DNA from: an uncultured cyanobacterium | GTDB taxonomy: Bacteria > Cyanobacteriota > Cyanobacteriia > Leptolyngbyales > Leptolyngbyaceae | Length of the DNA: 43,202 bases | Reading direction: 5' to 3' | NCBI GenBank assembly: GCA_963766075.1 | Contig: CAVYAN010000084.1 | Coordinates: 1-43,202, forward strand | In this document: piece by piece, positions 21,150-29,867 of the stretch | How positions within the stretch are numbered: the stretch's first letter is position 1 | How the letters are laid out: every line of letters starts with the position of its first letter | Notes under the pieces: model-generated | Seen by the model: the letters and a program-made list of their open reading frames with translations, nothing else | What the model was told of the DNA's origin: nothing | The model's database searches: none | Position numbers and translations under genes: made by a program

Positions 21150-21905
21150 ATGGCGATGAAGCAATGCATTCAACGATGGGTGATTCGATGCATGATGGTA
21201 GTGATCTTGCTACTGCCCCAAGATTTTGCTACGGCGGGAAAATTAGTGCAGCCGCTCACCAGTCTTGTGACCAGTCCGGCGACCAGTCCAGGCACTCGCC
21301 CAACTCCTAGTCCAGCGGCGCGTTCAGCCACAAATCTCCATTTAGATGCTAATCAACTGGTTGATCTGGGCCAAGTGGATCAAAGGATTCGCCAGGATAT
21401 ACGCTATGCAACAACGCACAATTTTACTCACACCCAGCTTTATCCCCAATCGCGGTGTATTTTGCATGGGGCGATCGCCCAAGCCCTGTCCCAGGTGCAA
21501 ACCGACTTAGCTGCCCAAGGCTTAGGATTAAAGGTCTATGACTGCTATCGGCCCTTGGCAGTCCAGCGCCAAATGTGGAATCAAGTTCCCGATGAGCGCT
21601 ATGTGGCCAACCCCGCCCGTGGGTCGCGCCACAATCGCGGTGCGGCGGTCAATATCACCTTAGTGGATCGCGACGGGCGGGAAATGCCAATGCCCACGGA
21701 TTTTGATGACTTTACGGAACAGGCTTGGCGCAACTCCACGGGTGGTCCCGAGGGCGCGCGTCACAATTCCCAAATTCTGGAGTTGGCCATGGTCAAGCAC
21801 GGGTTCGCGCCACTGCCCACGGAATGGTGGCACTTTGATGGGGCCGGTTGGGAGCAGTTTCCCGTGATTGATATTCCGTTTGAGGCGGTGGATAGCGCAC
21901 CCTAG
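21150..21905 (+). CDS. D-Ala-D-Ala dipeptidase family (M15D, VanX/DdpX-like)
   Basis: DIRYAT..NF, LKVYDCYRP, SRHNRGAAVN, MPTDFDDF, EWWHF. Start uncertain. Confidence 0.88.
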   Translation: MAMKQCIQRWVIRCMMVVILLLPQDFATAGKLVQPLTSLVTSPATSPGTRPTPSPAARSATNLHLDANQLVDLGQVDQRIRQDIRYATTHNFTHTQLYPQSRCILHGAIAQALSQVQTDLAAQGLGLKVYDCYRPLAVQRQMWNQVPDERYVANPARGSRHNRGAAVNITLVDRDGREMPMPTDFDDFTEQAWRNSTGGPEGARHNSQILELAMVKHGFAPLPTEWWHFDGAGWEQFPVIDIPFEAVDSAP

Positions 21906-21927
21906 CCCAGGGGGCAGGCCGCGTTTC

Positions 21928-22158
21928 TTATCGCGAGGTGAGTGTAATTCCCGCAACGCCCCAGGTTTCAAAAAACTGCCGCAGCAGCACTTGGCTGGCA
22001 TGGGTGAGATCACCATCGGGATCAATCACGCCCCCTTCGATAATGCGGCCCCGTTCGGTGCAGAAGCTGAGACGTTGCTCCCCGGCATCATCGCGTTGGA
22101 TGAACAGAGAACCCATGGCAATCACTTGTCCAGAACTACTCGAAACAGCAAAACGCAT
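21928..22158 (-). CDS. Small hypothetical protein
   Basis: 76-aa ATG-initiated ORF with protein-like composition filling the gap. Confidence 0.6.
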   Translation of the reverse strand: MRFAVSSSSGQVIAMGSLFIQRDDAGEQRLSFCTERGRIIEGGVIDPDGDLTHASQVLLRQFFETWGVAGITLTSR

Positions 22159-22278
22159 AGTATAAAAAACTTTACAACAGCGTTTATTGTGCCATCAAAA
22201 CGGGATTTCGTATCGGCAGATTCCACTAACCTGGGATAGGTTGCTCTAAGGCGATTTCCAGGAAAATTATACCGACCG

Positions 22279-22346
22279 AGATTGTTCCCTGAGCGAAGCC
22301 GAAGGGAACAATCTTTCGCTGGCTTCGACTCCGCTCAGCCAGCGGA
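22279..22346. repeat. Pair of small dispersed hairpin elements in opposite orientation
   Basis: AGATTGTTCCCT-GAGCGAAGCCGA-AGGGAACAATCT, then CGCTGGCT-TCGACTCCGCTC-AGCCAGCG. Confidence 0.85.
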
Positions 22347-22392
22347 ACTATGATCTAACAGGTATATTATTTGTCGTAAATCGCCTTAGGAG

Positions 22393-23349
22393 TTATTCCG
22401 AAATTAAAGAGCGAATCGTAGCGTCTACCGACCGCGGTTGCCAGCCCAATTCGCGTCGGGCCTTGCTCGCATCCACCCGCACACAGCGATCGTACACGTA
22501 GTGGACCCGTTCCCGGCTAAGGGGCGGTTGCCACCCAATTATGCGGCCCACAAATTCTAAGACGTAGCCCAGGCCCCGCACCAACCAAGGCGGTGCATCT
22601 GCGGGCACTGCCACTCCCTGGTCTTGGCCAACGATCGCAAACATGTCCCGCGTGGTCAGTTCTCCCGCCGAAATGATGTATTTCTCTCCGTTGCGTCCTA
22701 CTGCGGCCGCCCGGATCATGGCCTGGGCCAAATCATCCACATGCACCACCCCAGTGATGCGATCGCCCCCGGCCCAAAGCTTCAACGAACCCTTCAGAAA
22801 AGACTGTAACACTGGCCCAAAGTGTGGATCATCCGGTCCCAAAATTCCTGAAGGACAGACCGTGACCACCGGCAATCCTGCTGCCGCAAACTCGTCCACA
22901 ATGGTCTGGGCCTCGTATTTGGTGCGATCGTACACCGAGGAGTAGCCCTGCTGTTCCCGCTGAAACGTTTCGTCAATGACGCGCCCCTGGGTATCGCCAA
23001 AAATACCGATGGTGCTGCAATAGACCACTTTGCTGACCCCAGCCGCTTGGGCCGCTTCCAGGACGTGGTGGGTGCCCATTACATTTGCCGCCTCCATCGC
23101 GGGCACATCAATAATGCCGTACTCAACATAGGCGGCAATGTGAAACACCACATCCACATCCGTCATCGCAGATTGCAGGAGTGCGCGATCGCTGAGGTCA
23201 CCGTAGACGAACTGAATCTGACAATCCGCCAGCCGCGATAAGTCACTGGTTTTACGAACCAGACCGACGACGCGATCGCCCTGCTGTTCCAGCATTTTGG
23301 CCAAATGCGATGCCGAAAATCCATTTGCCCCTGTGATGAATGCCTTCAT
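22393..23349 (-). CDS. NAD-dependent epimerase/dehydratase (extended SDR)
   Basis: TGANGF Rossmann motif, VFHIAA, YDRTK (YxxxK), VHVDDLA. Confidence 0.9.
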   Translation of the reverse strand: MKAFITGANGFSASHLAKMLEQQGDRVVGLVRKTSDLSRLADCQIQFVYGDLSDRALLQSAMTDVDVVFHIAAYVEYGIIDVPAMEAANVMGTHHVLEAAQAAGVSKVVYCSTIGIFGDTQGRVIDETFQREQQGYSSVYDRTKYEAQTIVDEFAAAGLPVVTVCPSGILGPDDPHFGPVLQSFLKGSLKLWAGGDRITGVVHVDDLAQAMIRAAAVGRNGEKYIISAGELTTRDMFAIVGQDQGVAVPADAPPWLVRGLGYVLEFVGRIIGWQPPLSRERVHYVYDRCVRVDASKARRELGWQPRSVDATIRSLISE

Positions 23350-23362
23350 ATCCGCCTGATCC

Positions 23363-24523
23363 TCACAATGCTTTCTCGTAAATTCGGTAGGTCTTGTAGA
23401 TCGTGCCGCCAGAGGCTTCGATCAGTTTCCGCGATGGATAATTGTCCTCGTAGACCCATGACAGTTCAGCGCGCTTATAGGGTTTGCCCTTTTGAATGCC
23501 CCCTTGCATGCCCAGATAAATTAAGCCCAAGGGCACCATTTTGCGACGGTATTCAGGTAGTGAACAAATTGCAATCACTCGACCCTGGTCAATCTGACGG
23601 CGATACCAAAGAAACTTCAAAATTCCTAACCAGTTAAGCTTTCCATTGACCCGTTTAAGTGGAATATTATAATCGGGAAGACTCATCCAAAATCCAATCA
23701 TTTCGCCATTGTATTCAGCAATGGGAAAAACATCAGGATCAACCAAGCTTTGTAGGGACTTGGCCTCTTCTAAGAACTCTTCCTGGGTGCGGGGTGTGGA
23801 ACTCCAGTTCTGTGCAAAGGCCGTGGTAAACAGGTGGTAAAGGCTAATGCAGTCCCGCTCAAAATCTGCTCCCTTGGTGTGAATCGGGCGGAAGGTCACG
23901 CCTGATTTCAGCGCAATCCGATAGCCTTTCTCGAACTCCTTGGCCAGGGTGTGACTGAGGGGGAAATCGTAGGCATAGGCGTCTTTGGCCTTAACCCAAC
24001 CGGCCTGCTCAACAAACTGAGGATAGTAGGCAGGGTTATAGGGCATCATCACCATGGGGGACGAGTCAAAGCCATCCACCAGAAAAAGACAATTGTTGTG
24101 TGTAGATAGGTCGATTGGTCCCCGTACTCGGGTCATACCGTGATGTTTGAGCCATTCACTTGCTGCGTTGAACAAAGCCTGGGCCACGGCAAAATCAGCA
24201 ATGCATTCAAAGAATCCAAATAGACCGACGGGGTGGGCTTCTCGTGCAATCAGGCGATCGTTGACGGCAGCGACAATTCTGCCGATGGGGTTTTGAGTCT
24301 GAGTGTCAATGGCTAGAAAGGCTTGCAGCTTGCCGTAGCTTAAAAATGGATTTTTGGGATTGAATACCTTGGCAATGTCGCTGCGTAGAGGGGGCACCCA
24401 ATGGGGATCTTGGGCATAGACGATCGCGGGAACATCCAGAAAGAGCCCCTGCTCAGCAGCAGTGACTACGGGGAGGATGCGAAAGGCCGTAGGCGGTGAA
24501 GATACATCCAGACTAGAGTTCAT
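23363..24523 (-). CDS. YghO-like GNAT-fold acyltransferase (bacterial ceramide synthase-like family)
   Basis: DPHWVPPL, GRIVA, GLFGFFE, RGP, MMPYNPAYY, LPDYN, LPEYR, AELSWVYEDN, KTYRIYEKAL. Confidence 0.75.
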   Translation of the reverse strand: MNSSLDVSSPPTAFRILPVVTAAEQGLFLDVPAIVYAQDPHWVPPLRSDIAKVFNPKNPFLSYGKLQAFLAIDTQTQNPIGRIVAAVNDRLIAREAHPVGLFGFFECIADFAVAQALFNAASEWLKHHGMTRVRGPIDLSTHNNCLFLVDGFDSSPMVMMPYNPAYYPQFVEQAGWVKAKDAYAYDFPLSHTLAKEFEKGYRIALKSGVTFRPIHTKGADFERDCISLYHLFTTAFAQNWSSTPRTQEEFLEEAKSLQSLVDPDVFPIAEYNGEMIGFWMSLPDYNIPLKRVNGKLNWLGILKFLWYRRQIDQGRVIAICSLPEYRRKMVPLGLIYLGMQGGIQKGKPYKRAELSWVYEDNYPSRKLIEASGGTIYKTYRIYEKAL

Positions 24524-25131
24524 GGAGACTGCTCCATAACGTGATGCCTAAGGGCAGGTATGGAGGCAACTATACCAAGTCCGGTGCCAAAACTGTAGCT
24601 CTTTTTGTCCCATCGGGGATAACTTGTGCCCTTGCACGTCCCGACAGGACAACTCTGCTGAACAGTACTCCTATCGTAGGGTCGATTAATCCCGTGGCCA
24701 GGGTGATGAAAGATGGGGTGGCAATCACGCGCGTAGTCACAAGTTGTCCAGAGGATTTGACCAGGGTGTCCAAGGGGCGATCGCCCCTAATCCAAAGTAA
24801 CCTGAGGCCACCCTGCAATCGTTGGGGCCAAAATTACTACAGACTCAAAAAATACTATGGTTTAAAGAAACAAAACAAAAACAATTAAAATTATAGCCAT
24901 ACCGTCCTACGGGGAAGAAGTTATCAATCTGAAATTAATATTCCAATTAATTCAATGGATGGCATCGTCTCATGATTGAAATTTTTAACGAAGATTTTAA
25001 TCATTCGATATTCCCAGTCTTAAGGAAACTCGATTTTAATTGGTACAGGCCATTTCTGACGGGATAGAACCTTTAGTTCTCTAACTTATAAGACTAGATT
25101 AGGTTTCTATTATTTTCAGATTTTATCTATA

Positions 25132-25161
25132 TTGACACATAAATCTAATATTCAAAATAAT
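25132..25161 (+). promoter_or_regulatory. Putative sigma70 promoter
   Basis: TTGACA-N18-AATAAT in the AT-rich region upstream of the 25414 gene. Confidence 0.45.
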
Positions 25162-25413
25162 TAGAACAGAACTTGTTGGAGCAGAGGGCATTTGTATGGT
25201 GAAAAATTCCTGAAACCCATAATTTCCGGGGATTCCGTCCGTATTTTCTACCTCTGAGTAAGAGTACCCGTATAGGGGAATGCCGTCTCAAATTCAGCCT
25301 GCCATGATAGGGGCATGACCAGCAAAACAGTGATTGAGAAACAGTGAAATACCTAACTCTCAATTGCGAAAGGCTTGTCTAATCCGTTCTACTAAAAACA
25401 CGAGGATATTTCC

Positions 25414-25935
25414 ATGTTACCGATCGTAATTGGCGCACAATCTCCCTTCCAACATGCCGATACTGAAATGTACTCTGATGACATTTTGGGCCCCGTTTGG
25501 TTTAGCTTGACGAACCTGCGCGTCAGTGGCACCAATGCCAACCCTGCCGCCCCCGCTCAGTCCAAGTACATCATCGCTGAAGATGAACAGTACAGCGTTA
25601 GTGTGGACATTGAGTTCAATAAAACGCCTCTGTCTTCTTTGTTGATGTGTCTGGGTACCCGTCTCAGCGTGGACTTTGCGTTTGAAGGCTTCGGTAAGGC
25701 TGCCTCTGAAGTAGACCTGACCCAAAGCATCCTGACCACCAAAGGTGTTTACAAGTACACGATCACCTATACAGGTGTGCCGGTGAAGGATGGTCTGACC
25801 TCCGGTTTGTATGAAATTGCTGCCGTGGCAGACATCGGTCCTGTCGAAAACAAGTGCCAAACCCCCGTGTTTGGGCATGGCTACATCGAGGAAGTGCTGT
25901 TGGAAGTCTATCCCAAGGGTGAAGAACTGCCCTAG
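25414..25935 (+). CDS. Hypothetical protein, probably beta-rich
   Basis: 173 aa with GAGGA RBS and alternating beta-strand patterns; function not recognised. Confidence 0.85.
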   Translation: MLPIVIGAQSPFQHADTEMYSDDILGPVWFSLTNLRVSGTNANPAAPAQSKYIIAEDEQYSVSVDIEFNKTPLSSLLMCLGTRLSVDFAFEGFGKAASEVDLTQSILTTKGVYKYTITYTGVPVKDGLTSGLYEIAAVADIGPVENKCQTPVFGHGYIEEVLLEVYPKGEELP

Positions 25936-26022
25936 GCTTGGCTTTGGCCGGGTAGAGGCCAAGGTTTCTAGAGGCACGCAACCACGTGCTCTATAGGGTC
26001 TGGCTTCTAAATCGGACATCGT

Positions 26023-26058
26023 AAGCAGCAGGAGGGGCGATCGCCCCTCCTGCTGCTT
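26023..26058. repeat. Perfect 36-bp palindrome centred on HIP1 (possible terminator)
   Basis: AAGCAGCAGGAGGGGCGA|TCGCCCCTCCTGCTGCTT. Confidence 0.85.
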
Positions 26059-26203
26059 CGATATAAGGACTCGATCCAGTGAGGACTGGGCTGAAAAATA
26101 CGAAAAAGCTCGGCCAAAAGAGCTCGGCCAAAAGGGCCAAGCTGCAATTCAGGGGGTAGTGTATACTACACTGCATTGTTGTTTCGTCTTTGGCTGAACC
26201 CTC

Positions 26204-26509
26204 ATGGACCTTGCCAATTCTGTGTCTCCCCTACGCGCCGTCATCCGCTGTAAAGTGAAAATGCACCTCATGCAGGCAGCCTATGCCCAACAGGTTGTTC
26301 TTGGCCCCTGGGATGAAGTGCTGCTCAAGGAAATTTCAGCGACATGGTTTCGCTCCGATGCCTATGCCGCCATGATTCAGTCCTGTCGCTCCAAACGGGA
26401 GGCGGCAGTGATTGAAGATCGCGTGGCCGTGGAAATTGCCACTATCTACCGCCAAATTGTCCAGCAGCAGGAAAACCCACTAGTCCAGCAGTTAAACAAT
26501 TTGCTCTAA
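26204..26509 (+). CDS. Hypothetical protein
   Basis: 101-aa helical ORF ending QQQENPLVQQLNNLL. Confidence 0.7.
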   Translation: MDLANSVSPLRAVIRCKVKMHLMQAAYAQQVVLGPWDEVLLKEISATWFRSDAYAAMIQSCRSKREAAVIEDRVAVEIATIYRQIVQQQENPLVQQLNNLL

Positions 26510-26750
26510 GAATATTTGCTCTGATGGTCAAGCTGCCTGTGCCCTTTGCGTTTCAATCAGCCAACAAAAAATCTGCCTTGGCTAAATTAGGCATTCGCAA
26601 GAAATAATATGCCTACTGATTCAGCGATCTGCTTACCCTGCGGGAAGAGGACTACGGCTCCGCCCCGCTAGTGAAAAATTGCGTCTTTCGGCCCTGCCCC
26701 GCCAGCAGAAGTCTGTTCCCTGAACGCAATCCGTCCCCTAAGCGCAGACC

Positions 26751-26777
26751 GTTCCCTGAGCGAAGTCGAAGGGAACA
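26751..26777. repeat. Small dispersed hairpin element
   Basis: GTTCCCT-GAGCGAAGTCGA-AGGGAAC; degenerate relatives at ~26635-26662 and ~26715. Confidence 0.8.
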
Positions 26778-26810
26778 TCTCGGGCAGCATATTTTTTAAT
26801 GAAAATCTCC

Positions 26811-27041
26811 TTACTTGCGTTCCGCTGCACTGGCTTTGGACTTTTTATCGGATTTTCTTTTCTGATCCGAGTCTGGCTTTTTCCCAAAACTTTGCCGTGG
26901 TGTTTTAGTGTCTCTAACTTCTTTGTCGCGACGGCGGCAATCGCGCCACTCCACAAGCGTCAAATAGCCAATGCCAACACTGATGCCAATCAGCAGCACA
27001 AACGCAGCAATCACTAAGTAGTTGAAAATTTGATCTTCCAC
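26811..27041 (-). CDS. Small single-TM membrane protein with basic tail
   Basis: GTG start, one TM helix, then GYLTLVEWRDCRRR, resembling a conserved cyanobacterial 'WRDRR' family. Confidence 0.75.
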   Translation of the reverse strand: MEDQIFNYLVIAAFVLLIGISVGIGYLTLVEWRDCRRRDKEVRDTKTPRQSFGKKPDSDQKRKSDKKSKASAAERK

Positions 27042-27309
27042 GGCGGCCTAAAACACAATTGGCTGGAACACATTGATGGGGTAAAGAGGTTGGTGGGGTA
27101 AAGAAAACTGTCTCTCTGCGGAATTCAGTCATCAGCAAATGATTTGCCAGACCGTGGTCAAAGCGAAGTTGAGGACCAAAAGCCACATCACTTGCATACT
27201 GTTTCGCAAAAGGCAGCAGAGTCATCCGTCGTTCCTGCAACAACAATTCGGAATCGGTCAGGACCATCCCGCTGCCGAACCATCAAGACGAATGACCGAT
27301 CTCAGAGTC

Positions 27310-27399
27310 CTAGAACCCATTGCGACCCCAAACCACCAAAGAGATCGAGAATGTGAAGACGACCAACAGGCCAACCCAACCCAAAGACAAAATATCCAT
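27310..27399 (-). CDS. petN: Cytochrome b6f complex subunit VIII (not in ORF track)
   Basis: [29 protein letters not shown] (29 aa) is a typical PetN sequence. Confidence 0.97.
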   Translation of the reverse strand: MDILSLGWVGLLVVFTFSISLVVWGRNGF

Positions 27400-27571
27400 A
27401 GCGCTCTGTTAACTCACGTAACACAATGATTTCGTCCCTAATCATAATCGAAAGTGGCGATCGCTGAAAGCCCGTTCTCTGTTCTCTATCCATCCCCTCT
27501 TCGCGTCCTTTGTACCTCTTGCTGTGGCCCCTTCTATGAGAAAATAGACCGTAACGGCTTGGGGAATAGCT

Positions 27572-28681
27572 ATGAAACTTTGGGGATTTGATCAGGTCAA
27601 GCGGGCGCTCAGTGCAGCCATAACGCTGGTTTTGCTAATGGCGCTATCGGTGGGACTGAGTGGTGCTGCGGGCAGACCCAGCAGTATGCCCGCGGGCAAT
27701 GCCATTACTGATGGCAAGGTGCTGCTGCGGAATGCCCTGCCGATTGACAACCCCTCGGTGCGGGAGTTGCAGCGGAGTCTGGAGGATATTGCCACCCAAC
27801 TGCGGGCCAATCGGCGCTGGGGGGCCGTGGCGAATGATGTGAGTAAGGCGAGTCGTGTGGTCAGCGATCGCCAAGCCGACCTGTTGGCCAGCATTCCCGA
27901 TGCTCAACAAGCATCTGCCGTAGCCCGCTTGGCCCAACTGCAAACGGGCCTCACCGAACTGCAAGCGCTGGTAGACACTAAAGATAAGCAAACCGTCTTC
28001 GATAAGCGCGGTGAACTGCTGGATATTGTCACCCTGCTCGAAGAAGACATGGTGCAGGAGTTTCCTTTTGCGGTCCCAGAGGCGTACAGCCATCTGCCGC
28101 AACTCAAAGGACATGCCACGATTGAATTTGTCACCAGTAAAGGCAAAATTGTTGCCGTCGTGGATGGCTACAGTGCCCCAGTGACGGCAGGTAACTTTGT
28201 TGATTTGGTGCAGCGCGGTTTCTACAATAATTTGCCTTTTGTGCGGGCTGAGGACTTCTACGTGCTGCAAATTGGTGATCCACCGGGTCCTGAAGAGGGC
28301 TTTATCGATCCCAAGACGAAGCAATATCGGGCGATTCCCCTAGAGGTGCTGGTCGAAGGGGACAAAGAGCCGACCTATGGGATTACCCTAGAAGATGCAG
28401 GACGCTACAAAGATTTGCCTGTGCTGCCCTTTTCAGCTTACGGGGCCTTGGCAATGGCGCGTCCCGGCGAGGATCCTAACGGTGGTTCCTCTCAGTTCTT
28501 TTTCTTTCTGTTCGAGCCTGAACTGACGCCAGCGGGCCTGAATCTGCTGGATGGGCGCTATGCCGTGTTTGGGTACGTGGTGGAAGGCAAAGAGGTGCTG
28601 GAGCAACTGAAGGCTGAAGATAAAATTGAGTCTGCCAAAGTGATTAAAGGCTTGGAATATTTGCAACAGCCCGTGGCGTAA
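27572..28681 (+). CDS. Cyclophilin-type peptidyl-prolyl isomerase (CYP38/TLP40-like)
   Basis: Signal peptide, GNAITDG..LLRNALPI helical bundle, VDGYSAPVTAGNFVDLV, LDGRYAVFGYV. Confidence 0.92.
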   Translation: MKLWGFDQVKRALSAAITLVLLMALSVGLSGAAGRPSSMPAGNAITDGKVLLRNALPIDNPSVRELQRSLEDIATQLRANRRWGAVANDVSKASRVVSDRQADLLASIPDAQQASAVARLAQLQTGLTELQALVDTKDKQTVFDKRGELLDIVTLLEEDMVQEFPFAVPEAYSHLPQLKGHATIEFVTSKGKIVAVVDGYSAPVTAGNFVDLVQRGFYNNLPFVRAEDFYVLQIGDPPGPEEGFIDPKTKQYRAIPLEVLVEGDKEPTYGITLEDAGRYKDLPVLPFSAYGALAMARPGEDPNGGSSQFFFFLFEPELTPAGLNLLDGRYAVFGYVVEGKEVLEQLKAEDKIESAKVIKGLEYLQQPVA

Positions 28682-28757
28682 CACGGGGGACACAGGGAGC
28701 GAGAGGCTCCTGCATCCACGTCCTGTATCCACTGTATGCGGGGGCGAGAGGGGACGG

Positions 28758-29763
28758 TTGAAGGTTGCCGATCTTGGCGAGCAGGGGATATTAGAAAAAT
28801 TGCAGGGGTTTTGTCCGCCGCAGAGTGTGGGGGATGATGCGGCGGTGCTGGATGTGCCTATGGGCCGATCGCTGGTTGTGACCACGGATGTCTTGGTCGA
28901 TAACGTCCATTTTAGCGATCGCACCACGCGTCCGGAAGACGCAGGTTGGCGGGCAGCGGCGGCGAATCTGTCGGATCTGGCGGCCATGGGGGCGACGCCC
29001 TTGGGGATTACCGTAGGTCTGGGTCTGCCGGGGGACTCTAGAGGTGGCGTGGGTGGAGGGGTTGTATCGTGGGCTGACCGAGTGTTTGCACCCGTACGAT
29101 ACGCCGATCCTGGGGGGAGATATTTGCCGATCGCCTACGATTACCATTGCGATTACGGCCTTTGGGCACGTGGATCCGCAGCGGGTGTTGCGGCGATCGA
29201 CGGCGCAGGTGGGAGACGCGATCGTCGTCACTGGTCCCCATGGGGGTTCGCGGGCGGGCCTGGAACTCTTGTTACGCCCGGAGTGGGGGCTTTATCTTGA
29301 TGGGTCAACCCAAGCCGCTCTGATTCGGGCTCATCAGCGTCCGCGCCCGCGCTTGGATGTGTTGCCGCTGTTGCCGCCTATCCGGATAGCGGCCATGGAC
29401 AGCAGTGATGGTTTGGCGGATGCGGTACTGCAACTTTGTCGGGCGAGTCAGGTGGGTGCCCAGATTCGAGGCGATTGCATTCAGGGCGATTGCATACCCT
29501 GGGGTGCGGGTTTGGCGGTGGGTGCGCCGGGACCAGAGAAGAACTTGCCTTTAGAATGGATTCTCTACGGTGGCGAGGATTTTGAACTGGTGCTTTGCCT
29601 GGATCCAGTGGCAGCGGAAGGCTTGGTAGCCCAATTGGGATCTGGGGCAGCGGTCATTGGTGAAATTACCTCTGGATCAGAGGTGCTGCTGCTGCCCCCT
29701 AGCTCTGCCGATCCCATAGCGCTCAGCCTTGCCCAAGGATTTCAGCATTTTGGGGCGTCCTAA
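28758..29763 (+). CDS. thiL: Thiamine-phosphate kinase (one apparent frameshift at ~29035)
   Basis: GDDAAV, TTDVLV, NLSDLAAMGA in one frame; GGD, MDSSDGLAD and GGEDFEL in the next. Confidence 0.93.
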
Positions 29764-29867
29764 GCGATCGCTGCACAATTCCGGATCGGCTAATTCCGGC
29801 GCAAAGGCTATGTTTCGGATAGCATTCGGTCAGGAATGCGTAGGGTGATGGGTGGTCATGGGTAGTC

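Noticed and set aside
24541..24888. Overlapping ORFs of 115 aa (+) and 82 aa (-)
   Set aside because: No RBS or recognisable motif; they lie in the presumed promoter region and run into AT-rich DNA.
26914..27267. 117-aa ORF or tmRNA-like RNA between petN and the small membrane gene
   Set aside because: No recognisable motifs or tRNA-like ends, and the ORF overlaps the better-supported 26811-27041 gene.
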